DNA of 64,000 nt from Chiloscyllium plagiosum (Eukaryota). Positions 12,070 through 23,800 of the stretch are shown piece by piece; the first letter of the stretch is position 1; each line of letters opens with the position of its first letter. A program made the translations under genes and the position numbers. The stretch lies in the NCBI RefSeq assembly GCF_004010195.1, contig NC_057749.1, positions 14,725,429 through 14,789,428 of the forward strand, written 5' to 3'. The notes beneath the pieces are model-generated. The model saw only the letters and a list, made by a program, of their open reading frames with translations. It did no database searches and was not told the DNA's origin.

Positions 12070-12318
12070 CTCTGCTCCACATTATGTACGAGCTACTGTT
12101 CGAGATTGACCACCCCCAACCCCTTCTGTTCGACCTTCTTACGAATTCCTTTGAATTTCCCTTATCCCAGGAGACAGAGGGCTGTATGAAACCTCTCTGC
12201 TCCACATTATGTACGAGCTACTGTTCGAGATTGACCACCCCAACCCCTTCTGTTCGACCTTCTTACGAATTCCTTTGAATTTCCCTTATCCCAGGAGACA
12301 GAGGGCTGTATGAAACCT
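12070..12318 (+). repeat. Near-perfect 125/124-bp tandem duplication
   Basis: 12070-12194 and 12195-12318 are identical except for one C in a homopolymer run. Confidence 0.95.
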
Positions 12319-14233
12319 CGCAACTTTCTCTTGCTCTCCTCCCAGGTGTAAGCTTGTGTTTCCTCTCTCTGGAAAGGCGAGAGAGGCTGCTCCTGGGAGC
12401 TCAGAACTGGACCTGAAAGGATTTTTATTTGGGGGCGGGGGGGTTGGGAACGAAAGCACCACTGTTTTCGTTTGGGAGTGAGAGTTTATTAGTTTGCACT
12501 TGCCTCTGAGAATCTAGCAGGGCGTTTTGAAGAGATGTCTCTAACAGAGAAGCTGCTTTGCACTGTTTCCTTGCAGAGATGGGGAAATCAGATCAGGCAT
12601 GAGCTTATTGAATGGGCAAGTATACTCAAGGGAGCGAGTGGTCCACTCCTGGTATTTTGAGAGTTGGTAACTCATTACCCAGTTTTGTTTTCCTTGTGAG
12701 GGATAAAGGTTTTCAAGGAGAGGAGGCAGAACACTTGGCTTGGCTCTGACAAAGGGCTGGTACAATTGAGATGGGCCAAATGGGCACGTGTCAAGTAAAC
12801 TGTGTAATTACACCTCAATCGGGGCTAAGGGAGGAGAGAGCCTATTTAACTACAGAAAGCATCACAAATGACCTTGATCTTGCTGCATGACCAAACTGAA
12901 TGTGGAGGTGGCAGTGTTGGACTGGGGTGGACAAAGTCATAAGTCACACGATACTCAGTTATAGCTGAAGGGGCAGCACTCCGAAAGCTTGTGATTTCAA
13001 ATAAACCTGTTGGACTATAACCTGGTGTTTGTGTGACTTCTGACTTTGTCCATACTAAAGATCAGGGGTTGTTCACTGACTGTGCCCCACATAGGAAGCA
13101 GGGTGAATGGTATCTTTGGGGTTTGATGGAGGGGTCACTGGATAGGACATCAAGAATGCTGCCTCTTCTCTCCCCCACCCCCCCGCCAACTCCATTCCTT
13201 AACTTCTCGAGGTTAACCACAGTTGATAAGTTGCTGACTCTGACCGTGATGAATTCACAGTGGGATTGTTCTTCTCCCATACCCCCAGAACAAATTGAAA
13301 GCTCCCCTTGGTTTGTGTTGTGAAATATCTTGCTTGTGATTTTCAGCAGAGCGTGCTGGTTTGTGGTGAGACTCTTGTACCATGTCAGCTTGGAAAAACG
13401 CCCAGTCTTGTGTGAACAGATCAGTCCTTCCAAATTTGGCCTGACTCTAGGGAGAGAATGTTAAACTGTGTTTAAAAAAAACCCAGGGGTAAAGAGCTAC
13501 TGATATTTTCTTCCCCAATCCTGCAAATTGCAGGCTACAGCCACTGTCTCTCACTTACAAAAAGTGCTCTTGGTTTCAGTTTGTGTTCACTGCAGTTCTC
13601 TCTCTGCAAAGTATAGGTTTGGAAACCTGCAGATGACAATGATGTTGGTTGAGGTTATCTCTGTTCTTGTTTAAAGGTTGAGTACAGGGTCAGTTTTGTA
13701 AAGGAATCAGAAATGGCCAGCACATCGTGTGGGTGGTTGCTCCTCTGTTCTTCGAAAATTAACATGAAGTGATTTCATTGTGATCATTAACTCTCTAGTG
13801 TGGAATTAATCCACCATCAACTGTGAGAGACGTTGATGGAAAGCAATTACAAAAAAAAACTTTCAAGTGAGTATCTGGAGCAGATTCATTAAGCAGGTAG
13901 TGGGCTGAAGTCCCAGTGGATAGAAGTCTGTCCCTGTATAACACTGGGGTATAGTACTGGTGGGGACAGGTCTGTCACTGTATAACACTGGGGTACAGTA
14001 CTGGTGGGGACAGGTCTGTCAGTGTATAACACTGGGGTATAGTACTAGTGGTGGGGGACAGGTCTGTCAGTGTATAACACTGGGGTATAGTACTAGTGGT
14101 GGTGGACAGGTCTGTTACTGTATAACACGGGTACAGTACTGGTGGGGACAGGTATGTCAATATAACAATGTGGTACAGTACTGGTGGAGACAGGTCTGTT
14201 GTTGTATAATGCTGGGGTACAGTACTAGTGGGG

Positions 14234-14916
14234 CTGAAAATGTGTTGCTGGAAAAACGCAGCAGGTCAGGCAGCATCCAAGGAACAGGAGAATCGACGTT
14301 TCGGGCATAAGCCCTTCTTCAGGAATGAGGAAAGTGTGTCCAGCAGGCTAAGATAAAAGGTAGGGAGGAGGGACTTGGGGGAGGGGCTTTGGAAATGNNN
14401 NNNNNNNNNNNNNNNNNNNNNNNNNNNNNNNNNNNNNNNNNNNNNNNNNNNNNNNNNNNNNNNNNNNNNNNNNNNNNNNNNNNNNNNNNNNNNNNNNNNN
14501 NNNNNNNNNNNNNNNNNNNNNNNNNNNNNNNNNNNNNNNNNNNNNNNNNNNNNNNNNNNNNNNNNNNNNNNNNNNNNNNNNNNNNNNNNNNNNNNNNNNN
14601 NNNNNNNNNNNNNNNNNNNNNNNNNNNNNNNNNNNNNNNNNNNNNNNNNNNNNNNNNNNNNNNNNNNNNNNNNNNNNGAAGGATCCCTTGGGGCCTTGGA
14701 GGGAAGTAAGGGGGGAGGTGTGGGCGCAAGTTTTGCATTTCTTGTGGTTGCAGGGGAAGGTGCCGGGAGTGGATGTTGGGTTGGTGGGGGGTGTGGACCT
14801 GACGAGGGAGTCACGGAGGGAGTGGTCTTTTCGGAACGCTGCCTGACCTGCTGCGCTTTTCCAGCAACACATTTTCAGCTCTGATCTCCAGCATCTGCAG
14901 TCCTCACTTTCTCCTC
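14234..14916 (-). mobile_element. Truncated Penelope-like retroelement (family A) with inverted terminal segment; spans an assembly gap
   Basis: Minus-strand ORF remnant FRKDHSLRDSLVRS...PGTFPCNHKKCKTCAHTSPLTSLQGPKGSF, the Cys-rich linker preceding the GIY-YIG endonuclease in PLEs. Terminal segment 14234-14275 is inverted relative to ~14838-14880. Flanked by tacagtactagtgggg at 14218-14233 and 14917-14932. Confidence 0.8.
14290..14327 (-). ncRNA. Minimal type I hammerhead ribozyme motif in the PLE terminus
   Basis: Minus strand: cattc-CTGAAGA-A-GGGC-TTAT-GCCC-GAAA-CG-TC-gattc. Core intact, stem I imperfect. Confidence 0.65.
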
Positions 14917-15136
14917 TACAGTACTAGTGGGGACAGGTCCGTCACTGTATAACTCTGGGGTATAGTACTGGTAGGGACAGGTCTGTCACTGTCTAACACT
15001 GAGGTATAGTACTAGTGGTGGGGACAGGTATGTCACCGTATAACAATGTGGTACAGTACTGGTGGGGATAGGTCTGTTGTTGTATAATGCTGGGGTACAG
15101 TACTGGTGGGGACAGGCCTGTCACTGCATAATGCCT

Positions 15137-15174
15137 GATTCCTGAAGAAGGGCCTGTGCCCGAAACGTCGAATC
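15137..15174 (+). ncRNA. Minimal type I hammerhead ribozyme motif (best-formed copy)
   Basis: GATTC-CTGAAGA-A-GGGC-CTGT-GCCC-GAAA-CG-TC-GAATC: 5-bp stem I, 4-bp stem II, palindromic ACGT stem III, GUC triplet with predicted cleavage after 15169. Confidence 0.75.
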
Positions 15175-17317
15175 TCCTGTTCCCTGGATGCTGCCTGACC
15201 TGCTGTGCTGTTCCAGCAATAAAGTTTCAACTGGGGACAGGTCTGTCACTGTATAACACTGGGGTTTGGTACTGGTGGGGGACAGGTATGTCCTTGCATA
15301 ATGCTGGGGTATAGCACTGGTGGGGACAAGTCTGTTGCTGTTCAATGCTGAGGTACAGTACTAGTGGGGACAGGTCTGTTGCTGTTTAATGCTGGGGTAC
15401 AGTACTGGTGGGGACAGGTCTGTTGCTGTTTAACACTGGGATACAGCACTGGTGTGGACAGGTCTGTCACTGTACAATGGTTACATTTCAATGGAGGACA
15501 GGTCTGTCACTGTGTAACATTGAGTACAGTACTGGTGGGGGCAGGTCTGTCACTGTATAAAGGTTACTGTACAAGGAAGGACAGGTCTGTCACTGTATAA
15601 CACTGGCGTATGGTGCTAACTGGATCTCTCTTTGGTGATTAAAGGGATGAATCTACAAGTATAATCAGAGACTCTCTCATGAGAAATATAACAACAAAAA
15701 AGTCAGGTTGTGTGTGTTGGCCTGCAATGTTGTGTTAGTTTATTAGCTGTGGGTCTGTGTCCTAATTTTGTAGTGAGTTTTAACTGTTTAGGTTCACAGT
15801 TAACTAAAATAATCATCCAGCATCAATAATTGAGATGTTGTACCAACAATGTATTGACCCTTTGTAAGCTGATAACCCAAATAAATTCTGCAGTTATTTC
15901 CGAGACACTGAGACAGACACTGAATCAGATCGTGATGCTCCCTCCACTGAAACCTTCAATGTTTGAAACATTTACTAAAAATTCTGCTGAAAGCTGGTTT
16001 TGAATTTTACCACTTTCTGCAGCATTTACTGAACTCTTAGCATAAGAAGCTGAAACAAGAGGAGGCCATTCAGCCCCTCGTAGCTCATCTGCCATTCAAT
16101 AAGATCATGGCTGATCCAGCTCAACTCCACCATTCTGCCCTTCACACATTCCTCCATTTCCTTAGTGCTGAGTTAGATTTTAAATTAAATCATTTTTGGT
16201 GCTTTTAAGGATTTTTGTGTGTTTCTTTTTTAAGCCTCTGGGTTCAGAAGGCCATGAGCTTACAACACCACTGCAGAGATCATGCTCTCCTTTCTTAGTG
16301 TAGTAGTGAGGGAGATGCTGCACTGTTGGAGATGTCATCTTTTACAATGAGAGGATAGAGGGAGGTCCAGTCAACCTCAGGCAATGTTGTCGCAGTAAAG
16401 AGTCATTTATATGCGTTCATCAAAGGAAATCCCAGTTTAAAGGTCAAGGTTCATAATGCAGGGTGGTACCAAAATTGACAAAATGCTGATGTCCCCACAA
16501 TTATTAGCATCAGACTTGGGTTTTCGGACTGAAGGGGAAGTTTGGTTGTGATTGGGGGTTGAGGGGGTGGGGCAGAGTTTGCATTTTAAGATCCTGGTCT
16601 AAGAAATTTCAGCACTTTGAGATCGAAAAGATTACGGGATTGGGTATGTAGAATTGAGGAGGAACAAGGAAGGTATATTCAGAAGGGTGTTGACTTAGGT
16701 TCAGTGATAGAGAGAAAGGATTATTGCGACAGAACTATGCAACATCCCACATAGCTATACCGCTGTTGGAATGAACACTGTTGACTCATACCTGAGCTTA
16801 ATTGACTGAAATTTCAAAACTGTTTATGCTCTGGCAGCTTAAAATATCATTCTGATTTCCTGACTGAGTTTCAGGAGCGGCTGTTTGGACGAGGAGAGAG
16901 TGGAAGAAAGTACAGGAGGGCTTTTTTAAAAAAAGGCGTAATATTCTATTTTGAACACCTTGCTGCTGTTTGTTGACTAACTTTGATTGCATTGGTTCAT
17001 TCTGCTGTTTGTGAGCCACAATCATGTTGGTAACACTGACACAATGTCAGTGCTGAGGATTTGTATTGTCATGTGGGCCTTGATCCCTCATTGGTGGGAA
17101 CTGGTTCTGGCTTGGGCTCCCCATCCTCAGGCACCAGTGCTGCTGTATCTGCCAGGTTTGAGGTGAGGTATCAGCATGGCTGTTCTACCCGAGTGGGGTG
17201 GAATACAGCAAGTCAACTCTTGTCCCCCCCCCCCCCAGAGATTCATGGGCGTACATTGTAGAGCATTGCAGTCTTTGTCCCAACATCTTTCTTCCTATCA
17301 GACAATAAGCAAAATGG

Positions 17318-17680
17318 GGAGGCAATGGCCTAGTGGTATTATCACTGGACTGTTAATCCAAAGACTAAAGTGACATTCTGGGGACCAGAGTTCGAATCCC
17401 ACCATGGCAGGCAGTGAAAATTGAATTCAATTGGTAAAATCTGGAATAAAATTCCAGCCTGATGATAACTATGTAGTAAATGTCAATTGTCGTCAAAATG
17501 TCATCTGGTTCACTCATGTCATTTAGGGAAGGAAATCTGCCATCCTTACCTGGTCTGGCCTACATGTGACCCAGACCCACAGCAATGGGGTTGACTCTTA
17601 ACTGTCCTCTGGGCAATTAGGGATGGACAATAAATGCTGGCCCAGCCAGTGAAGCCCATACCCTGTGAATGAATTTAAAT
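17318..17680 (+). mobile_element. tRNA-derived SINE, near full length
   Basis: Box A-like tggcctagtgg and box B-like gttcgaatccc, family body, LINE-like tail ending gaatgaattt. Confidence 0.8.
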
Positions 17681-19069
17681 GATCTCACTCTCCCAGATTT
17701 TGTTACTTTTCAGTCTTCTACTCTAGAACAAGATGCCGCTGATGGTTAGCCACCTTGTTGACCAGTTGCAGTCCACATGGTGATGGTGTTTCCAGGTCAG
17801 GGTCAGTCTGGAATTCTGGGAAGGGAAGAGAACAGAACAGCGATTGTAATTCCACGTGAGTTACATGTGTGTTTTAATTTCACTTTTTAATCGTACTTTA
17901 GCCAGATTTAGTTTCCAATAATTGACCTTAAAGCAACAGGAGGTTGACAGTGGCTGAATTCTGTCCCTGTGCGATGATGGAGATCATGGTGACATCACCC
18001 CAAAGTATCCTGCAGCAGGTGCATCACTATGTGATAGACAGAGTAAATATTAATGCCAGTGTCAAGGGGGATGACCAGCCAAACTGCATTTGTGTATCCT
18101 CCAGTCTCTCTACTCTGTCACTGATGGCTGTGCCTTCAACTGCCTGGGTCCCATCTTCAGAAACTCACCCCTAAAATTTCTCTTTTCCTCTTTGTGACAT
18201 TCCTTAAAGCCATCTCTTTGGCTACACTTTTAATCACCTATCCTAATATCCCTTCCTTGGCCTCAGTGACCATTGTCTTTGATTGCATTGCTGTGAAGCA
18301 CCTGGGGCAGTTTTAAAACATTTATGGTGCTATATAAATGCACATTTGTTGTCACTCAGTCCTGGTTACTGTAAACACTTTTAACAGTAAGTGTCAGGTA
18401 ACTGACTGAATCAAAGCATTCATGAGAAGCACTTTTTCTACAAACCTTTCATGGTACATTACAGTGAGACCCTGCTATGCTTTTAATCCAGAGCTTTTAA
18501 CTTGGAATAAAGAAATAATGCAGATGTTAAGATTAAAATGCGTTTACCTTGTCATGTCACCACTCACTGCTGAGAATCCTTTCTCTAAGGAGGATTTGTG
18601 AGCACGATGCTTGCCTGGTGAGATACCAAGGGGCCAATGCTGTTCTGTGCAACCACCCTATCCTCCCCAAAAGGGCATCTCACTACAGTGTCCACAGTTG
18701 AATTAGAGTCCATAGGTCAGAACGTGAGAGAAGCTGCAAGGGAGAGTTACAAGGATTTGACCCAGGACTGGAACAAGGCAGCTTTGACGAAAGGTTAGAT
18801 AGGGCAGGTATTGTTCATGGAACTGAGGAGATTTGAGGGGAAACTTGACTTGCAAGGGGTGTGGAAATTGCAGATGGGAAGATGGGTGCACCACCTCGGT
18901 GCAGTGTCAGTGACTAAGGGACATGATTTAAACTGGTAAAGGATTAGAGTGGAGATGACAAGGCTGTTTTCACCTGAAGGATCCAGGCACACTCCCTGAA
19001 AGAGCAGGAGAGGCAGAAACACTCAACTCAGTTCAAAGGTGTCTGGATAAAGGTACAAGTTAAGAGAGT

Positions 19070-19515
19070 TATGGAATACTCCCCACTTGCCTGGATGGGT
19101 GCAAGAAATTTTCCAGGGCAAAGCAGCTCCTGTTTGATTGGCACCACATCCACAAACATTTACTGCTTCCACCACTGACACTCAGTAGCAGCAGTGTGTA
19201 CTGTCTACAAGATGCACTGCAGAAATTCACCAAAGATACATAGATAGCACCTTCACCATGACCATGTCATTCTCAAAGGTCAGCACTTATTTGGAGCACG
19301 AGCACCTGAAATTTCCCCTCCAAGCCATACACCGTCCTGATTTTGAAATATATCGCCAGTCCTTCAGTGTCACATCCTGGAATTTCCTCTCAAACAGAAG
19401 TGTGGGTCTATCTACAGCAAGCACACTGCAGCTCACCACCACCACCTCAAGGGCAACTAGGGATGGGCGATAAATGCTTATCCAACTGGCAATGCCCACC
19501 TCCTATGAGTGAATT
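19070..19515 (+). mobile_element. CR1/L2-group LINE 3' fragment (second family)
   Basis: atggaatactccccacttgcctggatg (MEYSPLAWM) and ...tacaagatgcactgcagaaattcaccaaag; same family as 40215-41165. Confidence 0.75.
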
Positions 19516-20494
19516 TGAAGAAAGCACCTCAGATATCATAACCTGCAGGGTTATGGGTTAACTGCTGGGAAGTGGGAATGGGCTGAGTGGATAGCTCATT
19601 AGAGAATGTTTTTCAAAGTATTTTCAAGGACCGTAGTCCATTATGATCTGTGATAATCCAACACCCAATCACTGTTCAGTCAGCTTTTGTGCAATATCGA
19701 TTTTACACAGGGAATGGGGACAAGATTAAACTTGTTTATGACAATGATTCCTCTCAATGTGGAGTAGCACTTTTATCCTCGCTGGTGGGGTGTTCAAAGA
19801 ATGTTACCGTATCCTCCATGGTTACGGCTCCAAGCAGTCACTCATTAAGGATATAAACACCAGGAGTGTGAATGATCCTGACTGTGAAACAAATGAAACA
19901 GGTCCTGGGTGAGTGAAAAGCAGAGGATCTGAAATAATAGTAAAGCAATTTCCTTTCTGTTCAAGCAGTTGATGTTGAGTTAAATTTAATTTCTGACAAT
20001 TTATTTTACGTATACTTGTAAAATGTAGGAAACGGCTAGATAGTCTCTGGCATAGCCATAGTGTTCTGTCTGAAGTTGCTGTTTGATCCTGGCTGATTAT
20101 ACTGCGCTGTTTTAAATTAGTTTTGTTCTTACTACACAGAAAACCCCAATGAATAAAAGCATTACTTTCCATGTGAAACTCCAACCAACTGACATCTTCA
20201 GCAGAAATCTTAAGTTGTTCCACATTTTGCCTCCTTCCCCATGTACTTGATGCTCTGTGGTTGATTTAAAGGCCAGTTTTTTTTTCTCATCTACGGATCT
20301 GCTTCTCACTGTGGACAGAGAGGGGGAGGGCTGGGCTTCCAGCTGCTTTTGGTACCTCAATCTGTCAGCCAATCTTCACCTGTGAATTGGGAGGCATGTT
20401 TGCTACTGGGCAGTTTGACCAGGAGTGACATCACATTTGAACTGGGATCTGTCTTGAGCCAACTTTGCATTTACTCATTCTGGTGAGCAAGAGT

Positions 20495-20775
20495 CCACTC
20501 AGAATTAGAGGGGATCAGTTTAGACCGGAAATGAGGAGACATTTCTTCAGCCAGAGAGTGGTGGGCCTGTGGAATTCATTGCCACAGAGCGCAGTGGAGG
20601 TCGGGACGTTGAATGTCTTCAGGGCAGAGATTGATAAATTTTTGATCTCGCAAGGAATTAAGGGATACGGGGAGAGTGTGGGTAAATGACGTTGAAATGC
20701 CCATCAGCCATGATTGAATGGCTGAGTGGACTCTAAAGGCCGAATGACCTTACTTCCACTGTCTTATGGTCTTAT
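20495..20775 (+). mobile_element. CR1-type LINE 3' end
   Basis: LRIRGDQFRPEMRRHFFSQRVVGLWNSLPQ...FRAEIDKFL, with a cttatggtcttatg tail. Confidence 0.85.
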
Positions 20776-20779
20776 GGGC

Positions 20780-22460
20780 ACAGGACAGATTAAACTTCTC
20801 CCACATCTTCCCATTAAACACTCCCAGGATAGGGACAACATGGAGTTAGACAGTGAAACTCCTCTACCTTTGGGGAGGGAAATTGTCATCCTTACCTGAT
20901 CTGGCATCCGTGGACTCCAGACCCACAGAATTGTGGGTTGACTCCTTAGTGCCCTCTGTGCAATTAGGGATGGGCAATAAATGCTGGCCTAGTCAGCAAT
21001 GCCCACATCCTGTGTCCCCCTCCAACACTTCCAGGATTGGGACAGCAAGGGGGTTAGAAGCAAAGTAAAGCTCTCTCGACACTGTCCCCATCAAACACTC
21101 CGAGGGGTGGTCTTATGGAGGTTCCCAAAATCATGAGGGGCATGGATAAGGTAAAAGGACAAAGTCTATTCCCCAGGATAGGGGGAGTCCAGAACTGGGG
21201 GGCATAGGTTTAAGGTGAGAGGGGAAAGATTTAATAGGGACCGAAAGGGCAACCTTTTCACACCGAGGGTGGTGTGTGTATGGAATGAGCTGTCAGAGGA
21301 AGTGGTGGAAGTTGGTACAATTGCAACATTTAAAAGGCATCTGGATGGGTACAAGAATAGGAAGGGTTTAGAGGGATATGGGCCAAATACTGGCAAATGG
21401 GACTGGATTAAGTTAAGATAGCTGGTTGGCATGGATAGGTTGGACCGAAGGGTCTGTTTCTGTACATTTCTATGACAGGGACAGCACGGGGTTAGATGCA
21501 GAGTAAAGCTCCCTCAACACTGTCCCCATCAAACACCCCAATAGCACTGTGGGAAAATTATCCCACCTTAGGAATGCTAAAGTCAATTGTGACTCTTGAC
21601 TGTCTATCACACAAAGAGCAAAAAAACTGGACACAACTGAAGGATCCTCTAGCAGGTATACTTGGCACCAGTCTGGGCAGTGCCATTGAATGTGTCTTTG
21701 CCCCCTTGTGTTCTACCAGAATTGGTTGTAGCTGAGTGATTAAACTCCCTGCAAAGCAGAGATAGGCAATTGGCCCTTTGCAAACTATAGAAACTTTATT
21801 CAAACAGAACATTGTTTTGGCAAACCAACCTTGGCATAAAAATAAGTTCTGATTTGATAGTGCACATTATAACTGAAGCACAGAAAAACAGAATGCTCAT
21901 ATCAAGATTTAAGATCTGGCAGGGAGTTCACTCTCCTATGTACGATTGCATCTGGTGCTTACAGAGCAGTCTAACTCTCACTGTTGTATGGCCCAGTTTG
22001 CTCTTATGCCACAGAGACGAGGAACAATCAGGATTTTGATTCCGCTGTCCTGCTCCTGTGTGTTCTGAGTTGGCTGTTTCCTGTAGGGACTGCACTTGCC
22101 TTGGAGTTATTACGTTTAGTTTGAATGTTCCTGAGGTGACAGGCAGCAGATCTGTTAGTCAGGGTGCCCACTCATCACCTGCTATCCTGCTATTGGTGCT
22201 GCAAAGTACAAAGCAGGAAGAGGCTATGATGAAGTCTGTAGTTCAGTAGCTAACATCAGTACCCCCTCAGCACAACTCCCATCAGATCTCTCCAGGCAGA
22301 TGCAACACCGGCTCTCTCTATATTGTCCCCCATCAAACACTCCCAGGACGGGGACAGCACGGGGTTAGATACAGAGTAAAGTTCCCTCTCACTCTCCCCC
22401 ATCAAACGCTCCCAGGACATGACAGCATTGAGTTAGATAGAGAGTAAATCTCTCTCAAGT
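20780..22460 (+). repeat. Dispersed ~65-bp satellite-like units (gggacagcacggggttagatacagagtaaagctccctc...ccccatcaaacactcccagga)
   Basis: Units at ~20780-20870, 21010-21100, 21475-21540 and 22310-22460, separated by SINE/LINE inserts and unique DNA. Confidence 0.75.
21110..21475 (+). mobile_element. CR1/HER1-type LINE 3' end
   Basis: RGERFNRDRKGNLFTPRVVCVWNELSEEVVEVGTIATFKRHLDGY followed by the 3' UTR. Confidence 0.88.
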
Positions 22461-23800
22461 CTCAGTAATGTGTTTCAGCCCTAATATAGAAAGAATGTGT
22501 GGCAGTATGTATGCTTATGGTGACCACTCTGTGAAACACTATTTGAAGTCCCTGGAATGAGGGTAAAATGCAATCACTTAAACCTTTGATCCCAGCATCA
22601 AAGTGTGCAGGAAATTGGGACCATTGGCACTTTGTAATGGATCCTGCTCTGCTCCCATCCCCCGCCCCCTCGAGCCGTAATGTGAAGGGAGAGTCCATTT
22701 CTGATGAAGGTGTTGGGAATTGCTCTTCACATTTCCTGAGCTAACACGTTGACCATCCGTTGGAAATGTAAAGAAAGTGTTTGGCATTGGCTCCTCAGGA
22801 TCAAGTGGGTTATTGAGCAGGACAATGTGGAGTTGCAGCTGGGGTGGATTGTGGGAGGTGGTCACTCTTGCTACAGTGGCACTGGGTCGGTTGCTGAGTT
22901 CTATGTATTAGATGGGGAATGACTTGTATGTCTTCACCAGGGAGATGTCAAGCCAGCTTGATTAACACTAGAGTATGTGAGTGTGAAATCTATTTCCTTG
23001 CTGGGATCCTGGTGACTAATACAATTACAAGTGGCTTTATTGGTTTGTCACAGCTTCCTGTCTCCAGTCCCATGGGTAGGGAACTAACTGTTCACCACAT
23101 CCAGCTTGTGACACTGTTGGTTCCAATCCTGCTGTGAGCATCTCTGCTGGAGGAGTCAGCCTGGTGTGCAGTGGGAGTAATGGATGACCCCCGGTGAATG
23201 TAGTGGACAGATGAGTATATCTCACTGAATCAGGAATGGAGCAAAGAGCCTTCGCACATTGAGCTTGTGTAGTCACTGCCGACTGCACTTGCCTGAGTGT
23301 TGGGTGTGAGCTACCTGTGGTGTGGAAAGCAGGCAGGGCCTTTGTTGAACAAAGAGTTTTGAAACTGAATTCCTGAAAATCCTCAGGTTCGCTGTCACCC
23401 CAGATGACTGGAGCCAGCAGTCTGGGTGGAGGGGGTGGGGTACTTTGCCTGTCTGCCCCCTCCAATCTTTGGAGCAGAGCAGGATCCATTACAAAGTGCC
23501 AATGGTCCCAATTTACTACATTCTTTGATGCTGGGATCAAATGTTTAAGTGATTACACTTTACCCTCATTCCAGGGATTTCAAACAGTGTTTCATAGAGT
23601 GGTCACCATGAACACTCCGATTGCTGACCACACTGTTAGTATATTAGTTAAAAATCACACAACACCAGGTTATAGTCCAACAGGTTTATTTGGAAGCACT
23701 AGGTTTCGGAGCGCTGCTCTTTCATCAGGTGGTTGAATATTAGGGCTGAGATACATAGGGTGAGAGTTGAGGGAGCTTTACTTTGTATCTAACCCTGGGG
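22430..23800. repeat. Long inverted repeat (arms ~22430-22655 and 23471-~23800) around an ~815-bp spacer
   Basis: ggagcagagcaggatccattacaaagtgccaatggtcccaattt... at 23471 is the reverse complement of the sequence ending at 22655; the ORF track shows SRAGSITKCQWSQF on opposite strands. Confidence 0.92.
23648..23736 (-). mobile_element. Penelope-like terminal fragment (family C) with hammerhead core, flanked by an ATATTAG duplication
   Basis: Minus strand: CCAC-CTGATGA-A-AGAGC-AGC-GCTCC-GAAA-CC-TA-GTG. ATATTAG at 23641-23647 and 23737-23743. Confidence 0.75.

Larger units (their letters stand above)
13925..15610. repeat. Minisatellite, ~42-45 bp unit (ggggacaggtctgtcactgtataacactggggtacagtactggt)
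   Basis: Many degenerate tandem units, interrupted by Penelope-like insertions at 14234-14916 and ~15135-15231. Confidence 0.92.

Noticed and set aside
11210..12109. 299-aa ORF as a standalone gene
   Set aside because: Begins in the CT-rich repeat, overlaps SHF exon 1 out of frame and runs into intronic tandem repeats; only the ATG-11513 portion is kept as a hypothesis.
13925..15610. CRISPR-like array
   Set aside because: Contiguous degenerate tandem units without unique spacers, no cas genes, vertebrate context.
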